Positions 44,097 to 63,187 of a DNA stretch of 64,000 nt are shown piece after piece. The notes under the pieces are model-generated. The model ran no database searches and was not told where the DNA came from. It saw only the letters and a list, made by a program, of their open reading frames with translations. The position numbers and the translations under genes are program-made. The DNA lies in NCBI RefSeq assembly GCF_009914755.1, contig NC_060933.1, one strand, 5' to 3'. Every line of letters begins with the position of its first letter. Positions within the stretch are counted from its first letter, which is position 1. Source of the DNA: the human T2T-CHM13v2.0 reference genome, Homo sapiens.

Positions 44097-45565
44097 TACA
44101 TTTATCCATACAAACACCTATTCATTCAACTATCCAAACAGTCATCCAAAGTTGTGCTGGTGGATGTTTAACAAAGAGTCCTCAGTTTGATAGGAGAGGT
44201 TTTTTTTTTTTATTTTTTGCAGCATTTACCAATTTTTATGGTAAGTCTATGTACTTACCCATCTATCACCTATCACTGTATCTACAAATCTATCCATCCG
44301 TTTATCTTCTAATTATTTACTATCTAGATATACATAGATAAAATGTTATAACCACATTTTATAATAAATAATCATTAATTTTCTACAACAGTTTAATTTT
44401 GAAAATCACAATGTTTTAAAAATATTACTACTTACAACTGATGCATTTACTGATTTTATATTTAAATTTCCTCCCTTGTTTTACATTGACTAGGATTTTG
44501 CTATAATGACCAATAGAAGTAGAAATGGCAGGTGCCCATCTCTTGTTTCAAGTCTTTAAGGAAAAATTTCAATAAGTCATAAATGAGTATGATTTTTATG
44601 GTAGATATTTTTAGAAATGCTTTATTTTAAATTAACTCCATGCAAGTTTACAATACATATGGTAAAGCATATGAATTTCAGGTGTATATTTAATGAATTT
44701 TTACAAGGCAAACAACATTTGTATAGCAACCTAATAATTCAAGACATAGAATATTTTCAGATAACCAAAAGCTTCCTTCATGTTACTTTTCTATTTTTAT
44801 GCCTTCCTAAATTTAGTAAATTTCCAGAATTCTATTACCATATATTTATTTTATCTGTTTTTGATATTTATATACCTGGATTTATATACTATATGCTAAG
44901 TTAGTTTGGGCTGCTTTGCTCACTATTATGTCTCTCTGAGTCATACATGTTGTCATATGAAGTCATATTTTATCCTCTTACATTTTGGTATAGTATTTCA
45001 TAATAGAAATATGGCATACTTTATCCATTTTACCATTAACTGTAATTGCAGTTAAGGTTGTTTTAAGTTTGCACTATGGCAGAAACAAACTAAAATACTA
45101 CTAAAGGACTGTCACTTTTGGGAAGATGGAGATTACATACTTTTTCTATGTCTCTTGCTAAGTACAACTAAAATCTCTGGATATTATATTTAAAACAAAC
45201 TTAAGAAGGCTCTGAAAGATAAAGAGAGGAAGAAAGCTAGATAACCATGGAACCCAAGGAACAGCACAGTGGTGAGTTCTCTGGGACATTTTTTGCCTCA
45301 TGTATCCTAAAGTTGGAAACAGGCAACCCAGAAAATTTGGCAACCCAGAAAACCCTACTACAGACATAAAAAGCACCAACAAAAGTATGCTCTTTCTAGC
45401 TAAAAGTTGAAGAAAGGCACAGCCTAGAAGGATAGAAAACTTTTTGACAAAAATTGCTCTACTTCAGCATACTATAAAACATTTTAAACAGGAATTACCC
45501 AATATTTAACACAATAAGTTTATTAGTGACTACGTTTGTTTGCAGTACACAATGATGTGGTAGAC

Positions 45566-45785
45566 CAGGGGTGTCCAATCTTTTGACTTCCCTGGGCCAC
45601 ATTGGAAGGAACATAATTTTCTTGGGCCACACATAAAATACACTAACACTAACTATAGCTCATCAGCTAAAATGAACTCACAAAAACTCATAATGTTTTA
45701 AGAAAGTTTATGAATTTGTGTTGGGCCACATTCAAAGTTGTTCTGGGCTGGATGCAGCCTGCAGGCAATGGGTTGGACAAGCTTG
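45566..45785 (+). mobile_element. MER30 (hAT-Charlie)
   Basis: Runs CAGGGGTGTCCAATC...GGACAAGCTTG, with a perfect 8-bp TSD TGGTAGAC (45558-45565 / 45786-45793). Confidence 0.93.
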
Positions 45786-46508
45786 TGGTAGACAATAAAA
45801 TACAAATTGTTATTTCTGTTTGCACATCAATGATCATGTATTGTAATGAAAATTTTAAAAAATGTAATAATGTTGACCAATACTGGGTTCATTGGGACCA
45901 GATTGGTAGTAATATAATCAAATGCATTTATATTTCTGAGACCTTAATGTTTAGTCTCTGGATTAATGTTTGATTGACTTGGTGGCTCAAATTCTAATTA
46001 GTAGATATACTAAACAGTGCAAAATGCTTGTAGTATAATTTAAAGAATTCTGAGTCTAGATTAAGAAAAATAGGACTCATTTTGTAACACAAGAAACCTA
46101 AATTTGAAAAGTCTTCATTTTTTGGAGCTTTTGTCTCTTTCATATTGGCAAAGTCATTTCTGGATCTCACAGACCTTTCATGGTGGTGAAATGAAATGAA
46201 GTATAAGTGTATTTTACACTAGAAAATGCTGGATAAATATAGCATACTAATTAGAATAAAGGGAAAGCATTTCCAGTTATATACAAGGTTAGAACTTAAT
46301 ATTTTCTTGTTTTTCTATTTTTATTTTTCATATTAACTCCAAATATTCACAAGCATGAGATATTCTTTGATTGAAATGAATACTAACAATGTTTAAACTA
46401 GGACTTAATCATCTATTGAGACATGTAAAATTTTCATAAAGAGATGGAAAGCATTCTATATAATATTTTATTTATACTTTACTCAATATTCTTTTTATGT
46501 GTTTTCTT

Positions 46509-51235
<4,727 letters not shown>

Positions 51236-51999
51236 TGAATTTTCACTTTTTTATGTTATACACATACTCAAAAAAATCTTATGGAAATTACAGGCAGTCA
51301 ACTGTAATAGATATGACTTGTCATAGCTCTGAAATTTCTCCTAAAATTTGTCCTGAGGTAGCAAGGTGAAGATTATGTTTCAGTACATGCATCTGACTTT
51401 AGAAGCCCATTCTTCCCTGGCTTTGTGTCTCATGAGTGATATATCGAATCACATATTTCAGATATGACTTTACGAATGACATCAAAAGAAAGGCTATTAA
51501 ATCCATCTTCCTAACATGTTCGCCCTTAATTGAAAAGTATATTTCACCTTACATTGGAATTCATAAGTTTCATTATTTCTCCTCATTCAACAGTCATAGT
51601 AATACACTGTACTGGAGTGTCCTCTATTTCATCCAGAGCCATTCACTGTGCGTTATGTCCCATACAAAATCTCCATAATTTAAAACCGATTGATAATTCC
51701 ATACATGAGAAACTAACCCAGAAATACTTTAATGCATACTTTCTATTGTAATGGGTTGTTATAGTCTGATTTAGATTTTTGAATTCAGGGTATAATGGCT
51801 ATAGTTTATATTTTGTGTAGTGCTGATTTTGGCACCAGTAAAGTAATCTATTTTATTGTTTCACAATACTTAGTGATGGTTAGGTATTGATAAAAAATAC
51901 ATTTATTGTATTTTACTCATTTGGCAGAAAGTGTCAGGAGAAAAGAAAAAAATAAAGTTATTATCTTGGTAATGATAAATATTTTTGTTAGCTATTTTT

Positions 52000-52870
52000 T
52001 AGTATTGCCTTCCTCCTAGTCATAGAGTCAGTTTCTTTCATCAGCCCCCTTACATTTGGCTAGAGTTAAAGGTATGCTTGAGCTCATGATTTGTGAGTCG
52101 AAGTGATATGAGTCATTTCAGGCTGGAGACTTTAATTTCCAGTGTGAGAAACACCAGAACTATCTTTTCTTTTGACATCATACTTGCTCAAAGGGCTTAC
52201 TTCCAGAGTAAGAAGATGTGTATCAGAGTCTCCAGAAAATCCAAAATAGACATGTAATGTTATCAAGAAAGTAAACTTTGTTTTAAGCCAATACAATTTT
52301 TAAGATTATTATCTCAGCATAACCTAGCCTATCTACTGATTTGTACTGAAATTGTCACTGTCATAACAAAAACACCCTAAAAGATACAGCATTGGCTGAA
52401 AGATTGGCAAGGAGCAGAAAAGGATATCCTTGCAAAAACAAAAGAATAGTCATATATGTTATACAGTTAAGGAATATTTGGTCACTTGTCATAACAGGGA
52501 AGACCATTAATAAAGTCAGTAAACTGCTACCTCCATGGGAAGAGCTTGAAAACCAGAAAGTTAATTTTAGGTATTCATTGCTAATTGAACCTGTAAAGAA
52601 ATTACAAGCTTTAGATGAGTTATCTATAGCTCAATGAAATGTCAATGAAAGTCTCACTTTCAGAAATATGGTGGTAATAGGAGAAGTCCAGAAATTATGA
52701 GACTTTTCAAGTTGGAAAAGAGAACAGCTTCCAATTTTACAAAATAAAATTAAAAAGTATTTTAAATGTCAAAGGCTCACGTCCAATCATTGGCATTCAC
52801 CAAATCAAGGATATACCAGTCACTCCTATTTTTAAAAAGTCAGAATATTTTAAGGATAAATATATATGGC
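52000..52870 (+). mobile_element. MLT1H/I/J-like LTR plus internal fragment
   Basis: Contains GAAGTGATATGAGTCATTTCAGGC and CAGCATAACCTAGCCTATC. Highly diverged. Confidence 0.5.
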
Positions 52871-52874
52871 CAAA

Positions 52875-53382
52875 TATGAGTAAGATGGCCTTAATGTTTT
52901 CCTTGGATTAACTAAGTTTTAGACAGAATTTTGTTTTTGTTTTTTTTCTGACTGTGGGTCCCTGACATTTCTTAGAGCACTTATTTTAGAAAACTTCCAA
53001 ATATAAATTCTTTCTCTACACCTTTGAGATGTGTATCTTCTCCAAACCTCTTGCTGGTCTTGTTACCCAGGAACACATTCCTCAAAGACATGGGAACTAT
53101 CCCATGTCATCATCAATAAATATAGGGGCCCTATCTCCTATTCTTGAGGGTAGGAGCCTAAATATGTTAAGCACCAATCAGTAAACACTGATGGTCTAAT
53201 CACATTTAATATCCTCCCCCTACCATCCTCCAGTACTTTTCTGGCAGCTCAACCCAGTGCTTAAAGACTCTCTTGCTCTTTATCTCAACAGAGTTGAGTT
53301 CAGTCTCTGTCTCCTAGTATAATAATCTTGAATAAAATCTTCCTTACCTTTTAACTTGTCTGGTACAATTTTTCATTGAAAC
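52875..53382 (+). mobile_element. ERV1 LTR (MER67-like)
   Basis: Contains TTCTTAGAGCACTTATTTTAGAAAAC, GGGTAGGAGCCTAA and TCTTGAATAAAATCTTCC. Same family as 4995-5780. Confidence 0.6.
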
Positions 53383-54275
53383 TAGGAAAACTCATTGAGA
53401 GAAAAAAATCTGAGAAATTCAAGTAGGATGATTATGTTTAAATAACAGAAAGATATCAAAGAACTTTTCAAAATCTACACTTGAGTTAATAAACACTAAT
53501 TGTATCTAGCTTGACATACAGTGCCAACATTTTAAAAACAGTGATGATATAGACTATAACGTGTAGCTTATTAATTATATGGATAGCTCTAGTTTAAGCA
53601 AAGTTATGTGTAGTACATAGTCAATGACATCAAGAATAATCAAATGTATCTCTACCATGATGGAAAGCTTTTGCTTGAAAATAGCCTGATATCTCTTATA
53701 GGTCCATAAAAGTTTTACAAATTTAAACAACAGAAATGTAAGCAAACTCCATTTCATTTGTTAGGAAGATTTCTTTAGAAGAATTCCATTGAATCCTAGG
53801 ATTCCAGGATATGTCCCTAGTGATTATACATGACCCTGAGGTCAAAAGATAAATCACATTTGAACTTTAACTGCTACATGACGCTAGTATTTACAATGAT
53901 AGATAGTGACTAAGCTACCCTACTCACAGATTTGTTAGAGGTCTTTCATACACATATGTTAGTACACAATAGACCATGATTTTGTGCTTGAGTTTATTTT
54001 TAACTTTGGATGTGAAAAAGGTAGGCCATTGGTAATTGGGAAGTAATGAATTTTATCAAGAAAATGGTATGGTGATGTCTCAGCTTCCCCATTCTAAATT
54101 AACTTCTTCAATGACCTCTTATAAGCTACTGAGTGCATTGCAACTTGGCTTTTCCCCATTACAATGTTGTTGGGTAAGTTAGAAATTGCAATTAATGTTT
54201 TTACATTTTTTTCATTTTATCTTTCAGTAATTTATTTTGCAATTTTATTATATTTTTTGAGATTACAGTTTGGTA

Positions 54276-56133
54276 CTACCCAAGACTGGGTAATTTATAA
54301 AGGAAAGAGGTTTAATTGACTCACAGTTCCACATGGCTGAAAAGGCCTCAGGAAACTTACAATTATGGCAGAAAGAGAGAAGCGTGTGAAGGAGAAACTG
54401 TCAAACACTTATAAAACCATCAGATCTCATGAGAACTCACTCACTAGTACAAGAACAGCAATAGGAAATCCACTCTCATGATCAATCACCTCTCGCCAGG
54501 CCCCTCTTCCAACACTGGGGATGAAAATTTGACATGAGAGTTGGATGGGGAAACAGAACCAAACCATATCTTTCTGCTACTGGACCCTCCCAAATCTTGT
54601 GTCTTTTTACATTTCAAAACCAATCACGCCTTCCCATAGTCCCCCAAAGTCTTAACTCATTTAAGCACTAACTCAAAAATCCACAGTCCAAAGTCTTATC
54701 TGAGACAAGGCAAGTTTACTGAAGTTGGGCTGGTGTTGAGTATTTGTGGCTTTTCCAGGCACACAGTGCCAGCTGTCCATGGATCTACCATTCTGGGGTC
54801 TGGAGGATGATTGTCTTCTTCTCAAAGCTCCACTAGGCAGTGCCCCAGTGTGTGCTCTGTTGGGGGCTCCGACCCCACATTTCCATTCTGTACTGCCCTA
54901 GCCGAGCTTCTCGATGAGGACTCTGCCCTTGTAGCAGATTTCTGCCTGGACAAGCAGGCGTTTCCATACATCCTCAGAAATCTAGGTCGAGGTTCCCAAA
55001 TTTAAATTCTTGACATCTGTACACTTGCAGGCCTAACATCACATGGAAGCCTTCAAGACTTGAGGCTTGCAACCTCTGAAGCCATGACCCAATCTGTACC
55101 TTGGCCCCTTTTAGCCATGGCTGAAGCTGGAGTGGCTGGGTTGCAGGGTTCCATGTCCTGAGGCTGCACAGAGCAGCAGGACCCTGGGTCTGGCCAAGAA
55201 AACCATTTTTCCCTCTTAGGCCTATTGGCCTTTGATGGGAGGGGCTGCCACCAAGATCTCTGGCATGTCCTGGAGATACTTTCCCAATTGTCTTGGTTAT
55301 TAACATTTGACTCCTCATTAGTTATGCAAATTTCAGCAGCCAGCTTAAATGTCTCCCCAGAAAATGGGTATTTCTCTTCTATCTCACCATCAGGTTGGAA
55401 ACTTTCCAAGCTTTTATGCTCTGCTTCCCTGTAAATATGAGTTCCAGTTTCAGATCATCTATCTCATGTTCAAAGTCCCACAGATCTCTAAGGCAGTGGC
55501 AAAATGCTGCCAGTCTTTGTGCTAAAGCATAGCAAGAATGACTTTGCTCCAGTTCCCAATAAGTTCCCCATCTCCATCTGAGACTACCTCAGCCTGGACT
55601 TCATTGTTCATACCACTATTAGCATTTTGGTCAAACCCATTCAACAAGTCTCTAAGAAGCTCCAAACTTTCCCAAATCTTCCTGCCTTCTTCTAAGCCCT
55701 CCAAACTGTTCCAACCACTGCCTGTTACCAGTTCCAAAGTTGCTTCCACATTTTCAAGCCTCTTTATAGCAGTGCCCCACCACCTCAGTACCAATTTACT
55801 GTATTAATTAAATATCTGAGACTGGTTAATTTATCAAGGAAAGACGTTTAATTGACTCACAGTTTCACTTGGCTGGGGAGGTGTCAGGAAACTTACAATC
55901 ATGGTGGAAAGGGAAGCAGTCATCTTCTTTGCAAGGCGGCAGAAGAGAGAATCCTGTGAAGGAGGAAGTGTCAAATACTTATAAAACCATCAGATTTTGT
56001 AAGAACTCACTCACTATCATGAGAACAGCGTGGGAGAAACTGACAACATGATCCAATCACCTCCCTCCCTTGACATGTGATGATTACAATTCAAGATGAG
56101 ATTTGGGTGGGGACACAGAGCCAAATCATATTA
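54276..56133 (-). mobile_element. THE1D-like provirus: LTR (54276-54570), internal region (~1.23 kb), LTR (55800-56133)
   Basis: Two THE1-type LTRs flank THE1-int. ORFs 55053-55409 and 55522-55794 are decayed MaLR ORF pieces. Confidence 0.88.
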
Positions 56134-57139
56134 CCATCCAATGTGGATATTTCTGATGTGAGGTAGACAGGATAATTCTAATCTTAGGATCTGGAAAATT
56201 CTGGTGAAGTGAGTAATAGCTCACTAAAATTAAAACTAGGCTTCATAGATGGTGATATAAGTAAAGAAATTCAGAGGCATTTCCAAGTTTCTTGTTTACC
56301 TGAATATAGATATAGTTGAGAAGATGTGTCTCTAATCCAACATATTGAAGGATTGGTAGTACAACGATCTCTCGCTAATTTTTTCTTTGCCTGTATCAAA
56401 ATTCCCTTCTTGATTTTTAGGAATGCTCAATTTCCTGACTATCTGCCTTTGAAAATTAAATAAAAGAAGTCATAATAGAAACCTTTTATCTACATCTCTG
56501 GATATTGGAACATGGGGACTTTACTTAGACTTGACCAAGTGGATGCCCAGCTGGGACTTTGTTAAGCAAGTGATGCAAAGGTACAAAGCAGAAAGGCGGT
56601 GGGTGGTCATATTTGATTCTCACTGGTGATGGTATTACCAGGCAATAATGGTGTGGTGCTCGCCAAACTTTCTTGGTGCTATTCCTACTTTGGTTTCTAT
56701 CCGGTGGTGGCATCTGTCCAGTTGATCAGTCAGTTCTGTTGCCAGCAACTAAGAAACTCTAATGATATCGTACATATTAAAAGGAAATTTAGAAAGTACA
56801 TAACAAAAAGAAATTTAGAAAGACATACAAGAGTAGTTGTGAACATTGTCACACAATCTGGATTCCTTAACTTTACAAACAGCTCTAAAACATCTATGAT
56901 AACTAATCTATAGAAGTTCAGTAAAAGCTCATGTCTTACTATGTGACAACTATAATTGCATACTAAGTCACATCCAGTTGTTTAAAAACCTGAGGATCTA
57001 CTGTACAAATACCATTCAAAGACTGATAAATCTTTTACTTGTTTCAGGATGTCAGCACATAATGGAGTTGGATTTTAGCTTGATTTTGTTTCATTTTAGG
57101 TAGTTTGCTATTTCTGGTAGTAAATTTTAAATTACAGAT

Positions 57140-57530
57140 ACTTTTTAGGATAAGGCTAGCTTCTGTAACAAAATCACATGTGGTTGAAGTAAGATAGAAG
57201 TTTATTTTTCATTCACATAAATTCCAAAATTTGTGTTCCTGATGAGAGTAGGTCTACCTTCCAAAGAGTGATTCAGGGACCCTGAATATTTTCTTCTTGG
57301 GACTCTCTGTTTTTCAACACCCATCCAGGTTAAGGAAAAATAATTGTAAGTCATAACATATGGAAAGCTTTTATACTTAAGACCTGGACACAATACAAGC
57401 TAATATTCTACCGGCCATATTTTAGGCTTATGACCCCGTCTAACTACAAAATAGTTGAGAAATATAATTTAGTTGTGTTCTCAGAAAGAAAAGAAGACTG
57501 ATATGAAGAAGAGCCTACCAGTATACATCA
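57140..57530 (-). mobile_element. MLT1I/J/K-like LTR
   Basis: Contains AGGCTAGCTTCTGTAACAAA...AGAAGTTTATTTTTC...ATTCAGGGACCC. Confidence 0.5.
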
Positions 57531-60500
57531 CGTGTTGATTCTATGATAGTCACTTACTTATCCTATAGTCAGAATGAGCAATTAAAAATGCAGATACACA
57601 CATGTAACTCTCTAAACCTAAAGTCTTTTCTTTTATTCCATTGCCTTCCACATAAATTCTGAGCTCAATAACATTATATAAAATTCACTAAGGTCAAGAT
57701 TATTCTAATTTCTTTAACCTTGCTTCGTGAGTGTATACATAGTAAATTTCAGCCATACAAAACTAATTCTACAAATTTGCAACCTATATTCTCAAACCTC
57801 GCCTACTGTGTATAATATTACTTCTATCTGAAATGACTTGATATTCCATGTTATCTGATTAACTTCAATTTGTTCTTCATATCTTAATTCAGAATCATGT
57901 AATCTAGCAAACATACCTTCCTTTTTTATTGCACCCATACAACTTATACCACTGCCCCTGTGATGAGATAAAATGATTACTTTATAAATATACCTGAGCT
58001 TTCTCTTCTTCCTATCAACTAAAGAGGATTCTCAGTTTTTGCTAATTTCCCTTGTTCCTCTCTGAGATAGAATGATACCAATCAAGAATAGGTCTGTAGG
58101 CTTTTATCAATAAAGTCAGAAATATGTGGGAGAGTTGGGCAGGAAAAATGCCAAATGGATAGATTCTTCCGAAATTATCAGAGAGAAAGGAAGATAATCT
58201 CATCACTCAAATGCCAACAGATGATAGATAGAAGACATGGCATGTAATAAAATCAGCAAATGTGAAAGGGTAGGGAAGATGTGGAGGAGTGAGAATACTT
58301 ATGAACTTGATACATGAGGAAAGAGAAACCTTGAAGAGATGAGGGCTTTAGAAGGAAAGATATTGGTGTTCCCCACGTTTTTGGAGGTTTCTTCAAGAAC
58401 ATGGAAGGGAAGTAAGTATGAGAATCAGGTTAGTATACTGTTCCTTTTAAAGAGAAACCATTCTGCAACTGATCTACACATAGAATGCTACTTTGCCTGG
58501 GGGCATTAAGGAGAGCTATAAGAAAGATTGAAAGAAGATTCTCCAAACTAGCTTTAATGTAATATTGCTGATCTTTGGCTAATTCTAATGTATATTTTTC
58601 ATTTGGATTAGAAATAATGGGGTGCAATTTTTGATTAAGCATCATCTTCAAACCCAAACAGATTTTGTAAGTAAAAACTCAGAATCTTAAATAATTAATT
58701 ACAACTATGGAAAGACTTTCTGTTTCCTTCTAACTCTAAAGCCTTCCTTTATTTCTAAAATCAAATGCAGTTAATTTTATAATACATCTCTTGTTGCCTC
58801 ACAGCTTTCATCTAAGGAACTCAAAATTTGTATGGAGATAAGGTCTCTCCATAATGTTAGTCTGAGAAAATTGGACATGGCCTACTAGACTGAGAGAAGA
58901 GTATGGCCGAATAATAAACCTTGTTCTTGCAGGCCTTGTTTCTCTCTCTCATGTTTATAGAATCTCTTATAGTAACTATTATTTGCAATGCTTTGTTGTA
59001 ATGTATTCGGCCATGTTAATTCTAATTCCCAGTAAATATTATTATAATGCAAGGTTAAATTTTTATGAGAGTGATGAAAAATGTTTTTTTTTAAATTAGC
59101 ATGACAATACTTTCTAGTTAAGAAAGAAGATGGTTCATTTCCCTTCTTGCCTTGGACATAGCCAAAGCTTCAAATCTAAAGTATGAAATGCATAGCTTCC
59201 ATCTTATATATCACAAGAAATGAAAAATTTGTCTGGCTATTCCTCACTTTCCAATTTCTGATTTTTCCATCTAAGAATTTGAACATCTTGTGTGTGAATT
59301 GAAATAAAATTGAAAAAGGAACAAGAGCCTTCTTTTCCTATACAGAGCCTCTGATTTTGTATATAATATAATCTTAAGTTATTTCTAGTTAGCATAAAGC
59401 CAATAATCAAAACCTTATTTATTGAGATAACTTACTAGTTTATATGATTAGCTAAAAAAGAAACAAAAAATATGAGAAAATTCATTTTATTAACTACTGA
59501 CTTTTTTGAAAATAATTATGAGAAAATTATAGAAAATCACTACCTTGTCATCGATCACCTGACAGAGTTTGATCTGAGACTATAATGATGACATTATTTC
59601 GTGCTATAAGCTAATAAAAGAAGTTTATATATACATATGTATATAAATATGTTTATATGTATATATGCATATTTATTTTAAGAACCTCTCCAGCAAGTTT
59701 TTGACATTCTTATATTATCTGTTTAAGTATTATATAACTGTACAATGTATAATTAATAAAATATTTCTTTTCTATTAAATATGTTAAAAGCTTTATAGTG
59801 TCTCACTGTAGTTCTCACACATTATAAAAACGTTTACAACATAGGTTGGAATAACTACATCTTCCTTTGACTATTTCCTATTTGTTTTAAGTTGTTAAAT
59901 AAATTCTATGTATATCCATTATTATAATATGCCTTATCACAAAAAATAACAAAAATAATTATTATATATTTGATGGTTTTTAAAATTTATTTTGAAGAAA
60001 ATTTAATAATATATATCAACCTACCCAAATACAATTACACTGTTAAAAAGAAGAATTGCAAAAGTTTTATATTAACATCAAAGAGAAAACTGAGAGCTAG
60101 TGGTATTAGAGTAGTAAGTAGTACAATAGTCAATAAAATCCAAAGGTTAATTTTTTTAAAAAGATAACATGAAAGTGTCTTTCTTTAGTAAACTTTAATA
60201 ACACTGCTAATATACAATGAAGCTGCTAAATAGCAGAGCTGAGTACATCTTAGATTGATATTTGATGGAAAACAGATAATGTACTAAATGAGAAAGTTTA
60301 TTATGTTCAGGCTTTAACATCAGACAACCTTGGTACGGAGCATTGGCTTTACCATCTCATTCAATTTTCATTAATTTAACAAATACTTCCTTCAGCACTG
60401 CTATATACATACCATAACCTATAACAGAGGTAATTGAAATGATTGTGAGCAAATCCCAACAAAATTCTTGTAATTTATGTTCTCTAGACATCAGTTTCTC

Positions 60501-60924
60501 ATACAAATTTTAATTATAATAATTAAGTATAATATTTACATTATAAAGTAATAAAATTATTCCTTGCATGACTAATTTATTAACATATACACAATTCTGA
60601 TGGTAAGAATAATGTTATAGAAAAGGATTTCACGCATCCTAGACATCAAATACTTGCAGAATTAAAGTTGAATTACATGTAAACGGTGACAGCCTCAGAC
60701 CACTCTGCTAAAAATAAGCAATTAAAAATGATTTGCAGTAAAAATAAATGAATTTATTTCTCAAGTCTCACAGTGAATGGATAGCAGAAAAAATAGTAGC
60801 CTGATATATGTATAAGTGTATATGCATATATACATGTGTATTTGTATATATGTGTATACATTTATATATATGTTATATACAGATACATAACTTTTTTACT
60901 CCATTTTGGTTGTTTTGCATTACA

Positions 60925-62040
60925 CATTTTTTATGCATGTAAGGTCAGTAGAAAACATCATCCTAAATTTCAGAGAAGTTAAGAAGTTTAACCAATATGT
61001 AATACATACCAAGTGAGTTGCCAGGAATTGAACCTAATTTTAATCTGATTCAAAAGTCCTTGCCTTTTATACTATTCCACTCAAACAATAATGACAGTTG
61101 TGGTATTAGTTGACTTTCAAACACTTGTTATCACATAGATGCCACATTTGGGAATGGTCTCAAATGGCTGTAAGTACAGTAAGCAACTGGAAATCAACAG
61201 GAGGTCATAGACAAATACAAAAAGTCAATATTATAAAGGTATGACAAACTGTTCCTATACCTTTATTTAGTTAACTCTTCCGCTGCCAAACATACCCATT
61301 ACTAAGGAATTCTACCACTAGCTGACTGCCAAACTTTTCCTCATGGTGTCTTCTGTGTACCTCTCTGAGGTGCTTGTTACATCGTGTTTCCTTCTTATGA
61401 TATGCTTTCCAATTCATGGCAAACAGACCAACAATACAAGGGTTTAAAAAGTGATAAAGGCATTTTAATTAATTCAAAAAGGGAGAAGCTTGTAAGAGAA
61501 AAAAGGCACTGTGATACAACAGAGAACCATAGTCCCTGTCCTCACAAAAGTGGCAATGTGGAAGATGTTATACACTAAACAAGTAATCAAAAATAAAGTG
61601 CTATGGGCAATAAAAGAAGAATAAATGTAATTAAATGAGGAGGTCATAAAAAGGGTACTTAATCTACACTAGGTAGAAAGGCTTCCCAGAATAAATATAA
61701 AAGGTTATGAACAATGGGAAGGGGCATGGTGGGGGGAAGGATGTCTGTAGATAAAAAGACATTATGTTCAAAGGCTCTCACAATGAGGAAACAGGACACT
61801 GTAGTCAAGATCTAACCCTCTGAGTCTGAGCACTGAGAAGGAAGACTTGTGTTTATAGTTGCAGAAGAAGCAAGAAGCTAGATTATGCAGGACCTTGAAA
61901 CCATGTTAAAAATGTTGCCTTTACAGGCAAAGTAAATTTATTTCAGGGTTTTAATATTGTATTAATAAAATTTAAAATAAAAAAACCCTGCTGCTTTGGT
62001 AAATAGTTTGGAGAAATAAATGGTAAATGTTATGGCACCA
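60925..62040 (-). mobile_element. MIR (60925-61080) and L2 (61528-62040) fragments
   Basis: MIR motif TCAGAGAAGTTAAG...GGAATTGAACC; L2 motif CATAGTCCCTGTCCTCAC...GGCTTCCCAGA. Confidence 0.5.
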
Positions 62041-62509
62041 AGTCAAAGAGTATTGCTTCTTAACCTTCTGTGGGAGAAATAGTTCTGTACCGTGAGAACA
62101 TTTTTTAGGGTGAGAGAGCTTAGGAGATTCAAGATTTCCAGGTGTGTCAACATAGATATTATTTTCCCATAAGCGAAGGCCACATTTTTTTCATGCTAGG
62201 AACCCAGTGATGGCCTAGCATCCAACCATTAGTAAAAATACAAGTGAATAATTCTAGTTTAAGGTATATAAATACATTCTTACTATACAACCTAAAGTAG
62301 CGAGGTTGTTTTAGAAAAAAGGGTGAATATAATTTTCAGATGGGTGGGATAAAATTTTGCTGGACAATATAGAGGTTTTTTTGTAATATCTGTTATTGAA
62401 ACATAATATTGTGTATATTATAACATATATATTTTACATGTAGAATTTTTGAACTTTTAAATTTTAAGATATAAAATATTGTAATCTATTTTATATACAA
62501 ATATGTCTC

Positions 62510-62740
62510 AAAATTTTATTTTAAGATAATTGTAGATTCACATGCAATCGTATGGAATAATACAAAGATATCTGCTACAGTCCTCCTCTGATTTTCCCTA
62601 GTGGTAAAATCTTGCATAAGCATAATGCAATATCACACAAAACAAAATGACATTGACACAACCTATCTACCTATTCAGATTTCACCAGTTTCACTTGCTC
62701 TCATTTGTGTGTGCATGTACACACACTTAGTTCTAGGCAA
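62510..62740 (-). mobile_element. L1MD/MC 3' end
   Basis: Contains GATAATTGTAGATTCACATGCA...CAGATTTCACCAGTTT. Confidence 0.6.
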
Positions 62741-63187
62741 CACGTACATTCATGACACAAAATTTTTTACAAGTATGGGTGTAACAAGCTACATGTGTAT
62801 TTGATATAAATGTAACTGTATGATAAAAAAGGATAATTTATAGTGTACGTGCCTAGGATAAAGGGAAAATCCCAAGTATAATATACAGAGATATTATTTC
62901 AAGATAAATGTCTTTAACTAATTATAAAATGTATATACAAAAATCTTATTTTAAAGAAAAGATATGAATCATTATTATCTATATTTTAGTATCATTATAC
63001 TTTTTATTACCATTTTAGAAAATGCTAGCAGGTAAAGACCCACTGATACTTTTTGCTTTCTGTCTTAACATCACGTTTAGATGAGGTTCAATTATGAATT
63101 CATAGTGGATTGTTCACATAAGAGATTTACTTGTTTTGTTTTAGTTTTCTCAAACATTAAAACAATGTAAACTATATTTTGATAGTT

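Noticed and set aside
44012-44135. Known forensic Y-STR (DYS391-like flank CTATTCATTCAA)
   Set aside because: Only a short partial resemblance; the repeat structure and flank position do not fit.
56525-56913. GC-richer stretch with 62-aa and 95-aa ORFs as an exon
   Set aside because: No recognisable protein similarity; it more likely represents a highly diverged MLT1-type LTR fragment.
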